In this document: one piece after another, positions 1 through 7,700 of the stretch
Layout: each line of letters opens with the position of its first letter
Position numbering within the stretch: position 1 is the stretch's first letter
Assembly: GCA_001790315.1 (NCBI GenBank)
Contig: MGCE01000066.1
Coordinates: 1 to 43,999 of the forward strand
Direction of reading: 5' to 3'
Length of the DNA: 43,999 nt
Source of the DNA: Candidatus Rokubacteria bacterium RIFCSPLOWO2_02_FULL_72_37
Lineage (GTDB): Bacteria > Methylomirabilota > Methylomirabilia > Rokubacteriales > CSP1-6
Notes under the pieces: generated by a model
What the model was told of the DNA's origin: nothing
The model's input: only the letters and a program-made list of their open reading frames with translations
Databases searched by the model: none
Program-made: the position numbers and the translations under genes

Positions 1-770
1 CGCTGCGGCAGGAGCTCGGGCACCTTGAGCTGCAGGAAGCTGTCCTTGATCTCGATCGTGTCGGTCGGGAACCGCCGCGGCTTGAGCTCGGCGGGGATCC
101 CGCGCGAGGCGATGTTGCCCGCGTCGTCCCGGGCGGTGATCCCGAGCGCCGTGCCCGGCGGGACATCCCAGGGCAGGGCGACCAGTGCCACCCGCGCGTT
201 GGCCTCGGGCGGGCCGTACGCGAAGCTCGGGAACTCCCGGGTGCCGGCGCTCACCGTTGCGTGGGCGGCGCCGCTCACGCGGAACGCCACGAGGCCGGCG
301 CCACCGGGCGAGATGTACCGGGTCGCCGCGAGGACTTCGATCCTCGGCGGCGTGAGGTCCACCGTGATCGGGTAGCTCGCGATCCCCCGGTCGTCGAAGC
401 GGAGGGGGCGCCAGAAGTCGTCGCGCGCCCAGACCTCGAGCGTCGCGGCGCCCTCGCGCAGCCCGAGCGCCGCGCTCTCGATCGTGACCGGTATCTCGAC
501 GCGCCGGCCGAAGGCCCCTTCCTGCTTGAGGGCGACGACCGCCTTGCCGCCCTGCACGAGGCGGACCTCGGCTCGGGCGACATTGCCGCGGCGGGATTCG
601 AGCACGAGCTTGACGACGCTCTTCTGGCCGATCGAGCGCGGCGGCGCCGCCAGGGAGGCGACGCCGGCGACCGACTGGCGCCATCCGAGATAGGACACGC
701 CGCCGACCACCACGAGGAGCAACAGCAGGACCACGAGAACCCAGACGCGCGCGCGGGACCGCGGAGGCAC
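1..770 (-). CDS. N-terminal 256 codons of a membrane-anchored protein, possibly an M23/LytM-family peptidase. The gene continues beyond position 1.
   Basis: Hand translation of the reverse complement in a frame absent from the ORF track. A GTG at 770..768 gives MPPRSRARVWVLVVLLLLLVVVGGVSY (short basic N-terminus plus a TM helix). It continues without stops to position 1: ...TLEVWARDDFWRPLRFDDRGIASYPITVDLTPPRIEVL...ARDDAGNIASRGIPAELKPRRFPTDTIEIKDSFLQLKVPELLPQ. Third codon positions are strongly G/C-biased. An in-frame TAG lies at 863..861 upstream. The domain layout resembles the pre-catalytic region of M23 peptidases, but the catalytic domain is not in the window. Confidence 0.5.
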   Translation of the reverse strand, partial: MPPRSRARVWVLVVLLLLLVVVGGVSYLGWRQSVAGVASLAAPPRSIGQKSVVKLVLESRRGNVARAEVRLVQGGKAVVALKQEGAFGRRVEIPVTIESAALGLREGAATLEVWARDDFWRPLRFDDRGIASYPITVDLTPPRIEVLAATRYISPGGAGLVAFRVSGAAHATVSAGTREFPSFAYGPPEANARVALVALPWDVPPGTALGITARDDAGNIASRGIPAELKPRRFPTDTIEIKDSFLQLKVPELLPQ

Positions 771-821
771 GGGGTCGATGATATCACGTCGATCGTGGCG
801 GTCCCGCGCGCCGCCGTGTGC

Positions 822-850
822 TTGACACCCCCGGCCAGCCCTCGTAGCAT
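822..850 (+). promoter_or_regulatory. Candidate sigma70-type promoter for nuoL (TTGACA-17 nt-TAGCAT), implying a leaderless or near-leaderless transcript
   Basis: TTGACA at 822..827, a 17-nt spacer, and TAGCAT at 845..850. The nuoL GTG at 857 is only 6 nt after the -10 hexamer, and no Shine-Dalgarno sequence lies upstream. Confidence 0.4.
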
Positions 851-856
851 GGCGCG

Positions 857-2731
857 GTGTCTACCACCGTCTGGTTGATACCTACCTTTCCTCTGGCAGG
901 TGCACTAGTCAACATCCTCTTCGGCGGCGTGATCGGTCGCCGCGCCCACTGGGTCGCCGTCCCCGCGCTTCTCGGCTCCTTCATCTCGGCGTGCGTCGTC
1001 TTCGGAGGCGTCGCCGGCGGTGCCACGTACACGCCGACCCTCTTCTCCTGGATCGTCGCCGGCGACTTCGAGACCTCGGTCGCGGCGCACGTCGACGCCC
1101 TCACGGGCGTGATGCTCCTCGTGGTCACGGGCGTCGGTTTCCTGATCCACCTGTACTCCGTCGGCTACATGCACGATGACCCGGGCTACGCGCGCTACTT
1201 CGCATACCTGAATCTCTTCGTCTTCTCGATGACGATGCTCGTGCTCGCCGGAAACTTCCTCCTCCTCTACGTGTTCTGGGAGGCGGTCGGCCTCTGCTCG
1301 TATCTCTTGATCGGGTTCTGGTACACACGCCCGGCGGCCGCCCAGGCGGGGAAGAAAGCGTTCATCGTGAACCGCGTCGGCGACTTCGGCTTCGGCCTCG
1401 GGATCATGTGGCTCTGGACCGTGTTCGGGACGCTCGACTACGGGCCGGTGTTCGATGGCGCCGCGACGCTCTCCCCGGCCACGGCGACCGGGATCGCGCT
1501 GCTGCTCTTCCTGGGCGCGTGCGGCAAGTCGGCGCAGCTTCCGCTGCACACGTGGCTGCCCGACGCGATGGAAGGTCCGACACCCGTCTCGGCGCTCATC
1601 CACGCCGCGACGATGGTGACCGCCGGGGTCTACATGGTCGCGCGGAGCCACGTGCTCTTCGAGCGCTCCGGCGTCGCGCTCGACGTCGTCGCCTGGGTGG
1701 GCGTCGCCACGGCGCTCTTCGCGGCGACCATCGGCCTCGTGCAGACCGACATCAAGCGCGTGCTCGCCTACTCGACGGTGAGCCAATTGGGCTACATGTT
1801 CGCCGCCGTCGGCCTCGGCGCCTACGCCGCGGGGATCTTCCACCTGGTCACGCACGCGTTCTTCAAGGCGCTGCTCTTCCTGGGCGCCGGGAGCGTCATC
1901 CACGGCCTCGGCGGCGAGCAGGACCTCCGCAAGATGGGCGGACTCTCGTCCCGCATGATGACCACGACGATCACGACGACGGTGGGAGCGCTCGGGCTCG
2001 CCGGGCTGCCCGGTCTGGCCGGGTTTTTCTCCAAGGACGAGATCCTGGCCGCGGCGTTCCACGGGGGGCAGCGGGTGATCTGGGCCCTGCTCCTGGCCGG
2101 CGCGTTCCTGACGGCGTTCTACTCGGCGCGTTTGCTCTTTCTCGCGTTCTACAGCGCCCCGCGGATGACGAAGGCGGTGGCGCACCACGCGCACGAGTCG
2201 CCGGCGGTCATGACCCTGCCTCTCTCGGTGCTCGCGATCCTGACGGTCGTCGCGGGCCTCGCCGTCGGCATCCCGTCCGAGCACGGGACGCGGTTCGCCC
2301 GCTTCCTCGCGCCCGTCTTCCCCGTGCACGAGGCCGCCCACGGCGGGCTCGCCGGGTTGATGCTCCTGGTGATGGCGGTCGTCGTCTTCGCCGCCGGCGT
2401 CACGCTCGCGTGGGTGTTGTACATGTCCGGCCCAGTCCGTGCGGAGGCGATCGGTCGGCCGCGGAACCCGGTGCACGCGCTGCTGCTCAACGCCTACCAC
2501 GTGGACGCGCTCTACGACGGCGTCATCGTGCGCCCGCTCTTCGTGCTCTCGACGTTCCTCGCGCGCATCTTCGACCTCAAGGTGGTCGATGGTCTCGTCA
2601 ACGCGATCGGGCGCGTGGTCGTCGCCGGCGCCGCGGGGCTCCGACGGATCCAGACCGGGTACACCGTGAATTACGCGCTGACGATGCTGGCCGGCGCGGT
2701 CTTCCTCGTCGCCTTCCTGCTCAGCCGATGA
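857..2731 (+). CDS. nuoL: NADH-quinone oxidoreductase subunit L (ND5 family)
   Basis: 624 aa with a GTG start. Motifs: WEAVGLCSYLLIGFW and GKSAQLPLHTWLPDAMEGPTPVSALIHAATMVTAGVY. The long C-terminal region is consistent with the NuoL lateral helix plus a final TM segment. Confidence 0.93.
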   Translation: MSTTVWLIPTFPLAGALVNILFGGVIGRRAHWVAVPALLGSFISACVVFGGVAGGATYTPTLFSWIVAGDFETSVAAHVDALTGVMLLVVTGVGFLIHLYSVGYMHDDPGYARYFAYLNLFVFSMTMLVLAGNFLLLYVFWEAVGLCSYLLIGFWYTRPAAAQAGKKAFIVNRVGDFGFGLGIMWLWTVFGTLDYGPVFDGAATLSPATATGIALLLFLGACGKSAQLPLHTWLPDAMEGPTPVSALIHAATMVTAGVYMVARSHVLFERSGVALDVVAWVGVATALFAATIGLVQTDIKRVLAYSTVSQLGYMFAAVGLGAYAAGIFHLVTHAFFKALLFLGAGSVIHGLGGEQDLRKMGGLSSRMMTTTITTTVGALGLAGLPGLAGFFSKDEILAAAFHGGQRVIWALLLAGAFLTAFYSARLLFLAFYSAPRMTKAVAHHAHESPAVMTLPLSVLAILTVVAGLAVGIPSEHGTRFARFLAPVFPVHEAAHGGLAGLMLLVMAVVVFAAGVTLAWVLYMSGPVRAEAIGRPRNPVHALLLNAYHVDALYDGVIVRPLFVLSTFLARIFDLKVVDGLVNAIGRVVVAGAAGLRRIQTGYTVNYALTMLAGAVFLVAFLLSR

Positions 2732-4224
2732 GCGCGCTCCTCTCCGCGATCACGTTCTTGCCGGCCGCGGGCGGCCTCGTCCTCCTGCTGGTGCCGCGGC
2801 GCCGCGCCGGCGCGTTCCGGGTCGGCGCGCTGCTGATCTCGCTCGCGACGCTCGCGCTTTCCCTCCCGCTGTTCTTCGGCTTCGATGCCGACGCGACGGC
2901 GTATCAGTTCGAAGAGGTCCGGCGCTGGCTGCCGACGCTCGGCGTCACCTATCACGTCGGTATCGACGGGATCAGCCTGCTGCTGGTCCTGCTCACGACC
3001 TTCTTGACGCCCCTCGTGCTGGCCTCCGCGTGGCATTCGATCGAGGATCGGGTGAAGGAGTTCGTGGTCACGATGCTCATCCTCGAGACGGGGATGCTCG
3101 GCGTCTTCGTGAGCCTCGACCTCTTCCTCTTCTACGTGTTCTGGGAGGCGATGCTGATCCCGATGTACTTCATCATCGGCGTGTGGGGCGGCGCCAACCG
3201 CGTCTACGCGGCGGTGAAGTTCGTGCTGTACACGATGGCCGGCTCCGTGCTGATGCTGGTCGCGATCCTCGCGCTCTACGTCCAGCACGGCGCGGCGACG
3301 GGCACGTACACGTTCGACGTGCCGGTGCTCGCGCGCTGGGTGCTGGCGCCGGGCCTCGGGCAGAACCTGATGTTCCTCGCGTTCGCGCTGGCATTCGCGA
3401 TCAAGGTGCCGCTGTTTCCCTTCCACACCTGGCTGCCGGACGCCCACGTCGAGGCGCCGACGCCCGGCAGCGTGATCCTGGCGGGGGTGCTGCTGAAGAT
3501 GGGGACCTACGGCTTCCTGCGCTTCTGCCTGCCGTTCTTCCCCGACGCCAGCCTCGCGTTCGCGCCGCTCTTCTTCGCGCTGGCGGTCATCGGGATCGTC
3601 TACGGGGCGTGGGTGTCGACGGTCCAGACGGACATCAAGAAACTGGTGGCGTACTCCAGCGTGAGCCATCTGGGCTTCGTGATGCTCGGGATCTTCACGC
3701 TCAACCAGCAGGGACTCGTCGGTGGACTGATCCAGATGGTGAACCACGGGCTCTCGACGGGCGCGCTCTTTCTCATGGTCGGCATGATCTACGAGCGGCG
3801 ACACACGCGTCTGATCGCCGACTTCGGCGGCCTGTGGAAGGTCATCCCGGCGTTCTCCGCGGTGTTCCTGGTCGTGACGCTCTCGTCGCTCGGCCTGCCC
3901 GGCCTCAACGGGTTCGTCGGCGAGTTCCTGATCCTCGTCGGCGCGTTCCAGGTGAGCGGCTGGCTGGCGGCCGCCGCGACCTCGGGCATCGTCTTCGCGG
4001 CGCTGTACATGCTCTGGATGTACCAGCGCGTGATCTTCGGCGAGGTCACGCGCGAAGAGAACCGCGGGCTGCGCGACCTCACGCCGCGCGAGTGGGCGGT
4101 GCTCGCGCCGGTCATCGTCTTCATCGTCTGGATCGGCGTCTATCCGGTCACGTTCACCGGGAAGACGGAAGCCAGCGTCGAGGCCCTCATCGCGCAGGTC
4201 CAGGGGAAGGTGAGCCCCAGGTAG
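2728..4224 (+). CDS. nuoM: NADH-quinone oxidoreductase subunit M (ND4 family)
   Basis: The real start is the ATG at 2728, in an ATGA overlap with the nuoL stop (MSALLSAITFLPAAGG...). Motifs: FPFHTWLPDAHVEAPTPGSVILAGVLLKMGTYGFLRF and KKLVAYSSVSHLGFVMLG. The upstream part of track ORF 1408..4224 is a spurious Arg-rich extension. Confidence 0.93.
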   Translation: MSALLSAITFLPAAGGLVLLLVPRRRAGAFRVGALLISLATLALSLPLFFGFDADATAYQFEEVRRWLPTLGVTYHVGIDGISLLLVLLTTFLTPLVLASAWHSIEDRVKEFVVTMLILETGMLGVFVSLDLFLFYVFWEAMLIPMYFIIGVWGGANRVYAAVKFVLYTMAGSVLMLVAILALYVQHGAATGTYTFDVPVLARWVLAPGLGQNLMFLAFALAFAIKVPLFPFHTWLPDAHVEAPTPGSVILAGVLLKMGTYGFLRFCLPFFPDASLAFAPLFFALAVIGIVYGAWVSTVQTDIKKLVAYSSVSHLGFVMLGIFTLNQQGLVGGLIQMVNHGLSTGALFLMVGMIYERRHTRLIADFGGLWKVIPAFSAVFLVVTLSSLGLPGLNGFVGEFLILVGAFQVSGWLAAAATSGIVFAALYMLWMYQRVIFGEVTREENRGLRDLTPREWAVLAPVIVFIVWIGVYPVTFTGKTEASVEALIAQVQGKVSPR

Positions 4225-4226
4225 CC

Positions 4227-5681
4227 ATGCCGGAGCCGGCGTTTCCGTCCATCGCGCTCGGGCCCCTGCTGCCGACGCTCTTCGTGCTCGGGGCGGCGGG
4301 TCTCGTGCTGCTGCTCGATCTGCTGCCGCGCCGGTCGGGCAAGGAGCACCTGGCGGCCGTCGGGCTGGCCGGCGTCGTCGGCGGGCTGCTCGCGACGCTC
4401 TGGCGCTGGGGCAGCAACGGCCGCGCGTTCCACGACATGATCGTGCTCGACGGCCTCGCGCTGTTCGCGAACGTCGTCATCTGCTACGCGGCGGCGCTGG
4501 TCATCCTGTTGTCGGTCGACTATCTGGGGCGCGCGGGCGCCGAATCGGGCGAATACTACGCGCTCGTGCTGTTCGCGACGGCCGGCATGATGCTGCTCGC
4601 GGCCGCGGGCGACCTGATCGTCGTCTTCCTCGCGCTCGAGCTGATGTCGCTCTCGCTCTACGTCCTCGCGGGCCTCTTCAAGAGCCCGCTGGCCGCCGGC
4701 GAGGCGTCGATGAAATACTTTTTGCTGGGCGCGTTCGCCTCGTCGTTCATGCTGTACGGCATCGCGCTGGTGTACGGCGCGACCGGCGCGACCAACCTCG
4801 AGCGGGTCGGCGCGGCGGCGGCCGCGCAGGGGCACGCGCCGCTCCTCGCGATCGGCCTCGGCCTCCTCCTCGTGGGCTTCGGCTTCAAGACGTCGTTTGT
4901 GCCCTTCCACATGTGGGCGCCCGACGTCTACCAGGGCGCGCCCACGAGCGTGACCGCCCTGATCGCGACGGGCTCGAAGGCCGCCGCCTTCGCGGCCCTG
5001 ATCCGCGTGCTCGTCGTGGCGCTGCGGAGCGCCCAGGCCGACTGGACCGTGCTCCTGTGGGCCGTGGCCGTGGTCACGATGACCCTCGGCAACGTCGTCG
5101 CGATCGCCCAGTCGAACCTCAAGCGCATGCTGGCCTACTCGTCGATCGCCCACGCCGGCTACATGCTGGTCGGACTCGTCGCGGGCGGCGCGCCGGGGGC
5201 CGGGGCCGTGCTCTTCTACCTCCTCGCCTACGCGTTCACGACCGTCGGCACCTTCGGCGTGATCACGCTGTGCACGCGCGCGGGCCAGGAGGCCGTCGAG
5301 GTCGCTGACTACGCCGGGCTCGCGCGCCGGCATCCGGTGCTCGCGGCGACGCTCGGACTGTTCCTGCTGTCGCTCGTGGGCATCCCGCCCCTCGCCGGCT
5401 TCGTCGGCAAGTTCTACCTCTTCGCCGCCGCCGTGCGCGCGGGATACGTCTGGCTCGCGGTGATCGGCGTGCTGAACTCCGCGGTCGCCGCGTACTACTA
5501 CCTGCGCGTGATCGTGTACATGTACATGCGCGAGCCGGACGCGTCGCCGACCGCGTGGGCGCCCTCGTTCTCCGGCGGCCTCGCGCTGGTGATCGCGCTG
5601 ATCGGGATCGTGCTGCTCGGCGTGATCCCGGCACCGTTCGCCGACCTCGCCCAGGCCGCCGTCGCGCCCCTGCTGCGGTAG
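4227..5681 (+). CDS. nuoN: NADH-quinone oxidoreductase subunit N (ND2 family)
   Basis: The ATG at 4227 lies 2 nt after the nuoM TAG (MPEPAFPSIALGPLLPTLFVLG...). Motifs: VPFHMWAPDVYQGAPTSVTALIATGSKAAAF and KRMLAYSSIAHAGYMLVG. Confidence 0.92.
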   Translation: MPEPAFPSIALGPLLPTLFVLGAAGLVLLLDLLPRRSGKEHLAAVGLAGVVGGLLATLWRWGSNGRAFHDMIVLDGLALFANVVICYAAALVILLSVDYLGRAGAESGEYYALVLFATAGMMLLAAAGDLIVVFLALELMSLSLYVLAGLFKSPLAAGEASMKYFLLGAFASSFMLYGIALVYGATGATNLERVGAAAAAQGHAPLLAIGLGLLLVGFGFKTSFVPFHMWAPDVYQGAPTSVTALIATGSKAAAFAALIRVLVVALRSAQADWTVLLWAVAVVTMTLGNVVAIAQSNLKRMLAYSSIAHAGYMLVGLVAGGAPGAGAVLFYLLAYAFTTVGTFGVITLCTRAGQEAVEVADYAGLARRHPVLAATLGLFLLSLVGIPPLAGFVGKFYLFAAAVRAGYVWLAVIGVLNSAVAAYYYLRVIVYMYMREPDASPTAWAPSFSGGLALVIALIGIVLLGVIPAPFADLAQAAVAPLLR

Positions 5682-5688
5682 GACGCGC

Positions 5689-6915
5689 GTGCGCCGCCGC
5701 CCCGTCGCGCGCATCGCCGGCCGCCGCCGGGCGCGCGCCCTCGCCCCGCTCGCCGGCTACCGGGTGGTCGAGATGGCCCACCACCTCTCGGCGCCGCTCG
5801 CCTCCATGTACCTCGCCGACTTCGGCGCGGACGTGGTCAAAGTCGAGTCGCTCGAGGGTGAGGACTGGCGCCGCTGGGGCCGGCCGTCGCCCGCGGGGAT
5901 GAGTCAGCTCTTCCTCGCGATCAACCGCAACAAGCGCAGCCTGTCACTCGACCTCGGCGTCCCCGCAGGCCGGCGCGTGCTCGAGCGCCTCCTCGTGAGC
6001 GCGGACGTGCTCCTGACCAACTGGGCGCCGCAGGCGCTGGCGCGCCTCGGGCTCGACGCCCGGCGCCTCGCCCGGCGCCACCCCCGGCTGGTCGTCGCGC
6101 GGCTGTCGGGCTTCGGCACGCGCGGCCCGGAAGCCGACCGGCGCGCCTTCGACATCGTCGTGTGCGGCGAGACGGGACTGCTCCTGCCCCATCCCGACGG
6201 CGTGAGCCCGCCGCTCGTCAACGCGGCGCCGATGACGGACACGGGCGGAGCCCTCATGGTCGCGCTCGGTGTCGCGCTCGCGCTGCTGGATCGCGAGCGG
6301 ACCGGCCGCGCGCAGGGCGTCGAGGCCTCGCTCGCGAGCGTCGGCATCGCGCTGCAGGCCCACCGCTTCATCTGGCTCCAGGGCGAGGCGGCGCCCGAGC
6401 TCGCGGTGCCGCGCATGACGGTGTACGGCGCCTACGCGACCGCCGACGGGTTCATCACGATCGCGGTGCTCGCGGAGCGGCTCTGGGAGCGGCTCTGCCG
6501 CGCGATCGGCCTCGACGCCCTCCTCGGCGATCCACGCTACACGCCGTGGGCGCGATTGCTCGAGCGTCAGCTCGAGGTCCGGCCGCTGGTCGAGGCCCGG
6601 TTCCGGACGCGAACGACCGACGAGTGGCTCGCGGTGCTGATCCCCGCGGGCGTGCCGGCGGGTCGCGTGAGCTGGGGAGGGCGGGTGTTCGAGCACCCGC
6701 AGCTGCGCGCGAACGGCGCGATCCTCGAGACGCGCCACCCGAAGGCGGGCCGTCTGCGGATGATGGGATTTCCGCTCCGTCTGACCGCGACGCCGCCGCG
6801 GCTCCGGCGGCACGCGCCGGCGCTCGGTGCCGACACCCGGAAGCTCCTCACGGAGCTGCGCTACCGCCCCGCCGAGATCGCGCGGCTCGTCGCCGAGCGC
6901 ACCGTGCGGGTGTGA
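5689..6915 (+). CDS. Family III CoA-transferase (CaiB/BaiF family)
   Basis: 408 aa. The N-terminal region PLAGYRVVEMAHHLSAPLASMYLADFGADVVKVE is typical of family III CoA-transferases. The GTG start lies 8 nt after the nuoN stop, and the basic 20-aa N-terminus makes the exact start uncertain. Confidence 0.75.
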   Translation: MRRRPVARIAGRRRARALAPLAGYRVVEMAHHLSAPLASMYLADFGADVVKVESLEGEDWRRWGRPSPAGMSQLFLAINRNKRSLSLDLGVPAGRRVLERLLVSADVLLTNWAPQALARLGLDARRLARRHPRLVVARLSGFGTRGPEADRRAFDIVVCGETGLLLPHPDGVSPPLVNAAPMTDTGGALMVALGVALALLDRERTGRAQGVEASLASVGIALQAHRFIWLQGEAAPELAVPRMTVYGAYATADGFITIAVLAERLWERLCRAIGLDALLGDPRYTPWARLLERQLEVRPLVEARFRTRTTDEWLAVLIPAGVPAGRVSWGGRVFEHPQLRANGAILETRHPKAGRLRMMGFPLRLTATPPRLRRHAPALGADTRKLLTELRYRPAEIARLVAERTVRV

Positions 6916-7700
6916 CCGCGTCGCTCCGGCTCCCGCACCGCGGCTGGCTGCTCGACCTCGACGGCACCGTCTATCGCGGCGAGGCGTTGATCCCGGGTGC
7001 CGACACGACGATCGCCGCGCTGCGGGCCGCGGGGCGCCGCGTGGCCTTCCTGTCCAACAAGCCGCTCCAGACGCGCGCCGACTATGCCGCCAAGCTGACG
7101 CGCCTGGGCGTGCCGGCGAGCGCCGAGGACGTCGTCAACTCCTCGCTCGTGCTCGCGCGCCACCTGCGGCGCCTCGACCCGGAGGCGCCCGTGTTCGTGA
7201 TCGGAGAGCCGCCGCTGCTGGCGGAGCTCGCCGCGCACGGCTTCGAGGTGCGCCCGGACGCCCGTGTGCGCTGGGTCGTGATCGCGTTCGACCGCACGTT
7301 CGATTACGCGAAGCTCAACACCGCGCTGCAGGCGGTGCGCGGCGGCGCGCGCCTGATCGCGACGAACCCCGACCGGACGTGCCCGACGGAGGACGGCGAG
7401 ATCCCGGACTGCGCGGGAATGATGGCCGCGGTCGAGGCGGTCACGGGCGCCACGGTCGAGGTCGTCGTGGGGAAGCCGTCCCCGATCATGCTGGACGTCG
7501 CGCTCGAGCGGCTCGGGGTGTCCCCGGGCGACTGCGTCATCGTGGGCGATCGGATCGAGACCGACATCGCCATGGGCAAGCGTCTCGGGCTCGGCACCGT
7601 GCTCGTGCTCACCGGCGTCACCGCCGCCGCCGACCCACGCGTCGCGGAGATCGCTCCGGACCTCGTGCTACCATCGCTTCGAGAGCTGCTCGAGCCATGA
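6912..7700 (+). CDS. HAD superfamily subfamily IIA hydrolase (NagD-like sugar/glycerol phosphatase)
   Basis: The GTG at 6912 is in a GTGA overlap with the preceding stop. Motifs: LLDLDGTVYRG (DxD motif I), LSNK (motif II region), GKPSP, and VGDRIETDIAMG (motif IV). Confidence 0.85.
   Translation: MTASLRLPHRGWLLDLDGTVYRGEALIPGADTTIAALRAAGRRVAFLSNKPLQTRADYAAKLTRLGVPASAEDVVNSSLVLARHLRRLDPEAPVFVIGEPPLLAELAAHGFEVRPDARVRWVVIAFDRTFDYAKLNTALQAVRGGARLIATNPDRTCPTEDGEIPDCAGMMAAVEAVTGATVEVVVGKPSPIMLDVALERLGVSPGDCVIVGDRIETDIAMGKRLGLGTVLVLTGVTAAADPRVAEIAPDLVLPSLRELLEP

Noticed and set aside
811-834. Possible Rex- or CRP-like site overlapping the nuoL -35 (GTGTGCTTGACAC)
   Set aside because: The half-site spacing (TGTG-N5-CAC) fits neither the Rex nor the CRP consensus. 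The apparent symmetry comes largely from the TTGACA hexamer itself.
261-878. Track ORFs 261..878 (+), 275..850 (-) and 784..1128 (-) in the first kilobase
   Set aside because: All three give low-complexity translations. A third minus-strand frame is open from 860 to position 1 and has a GTG start at 770, a TM helix and strongly G/C-biased third positions. That frame is the credible gene.
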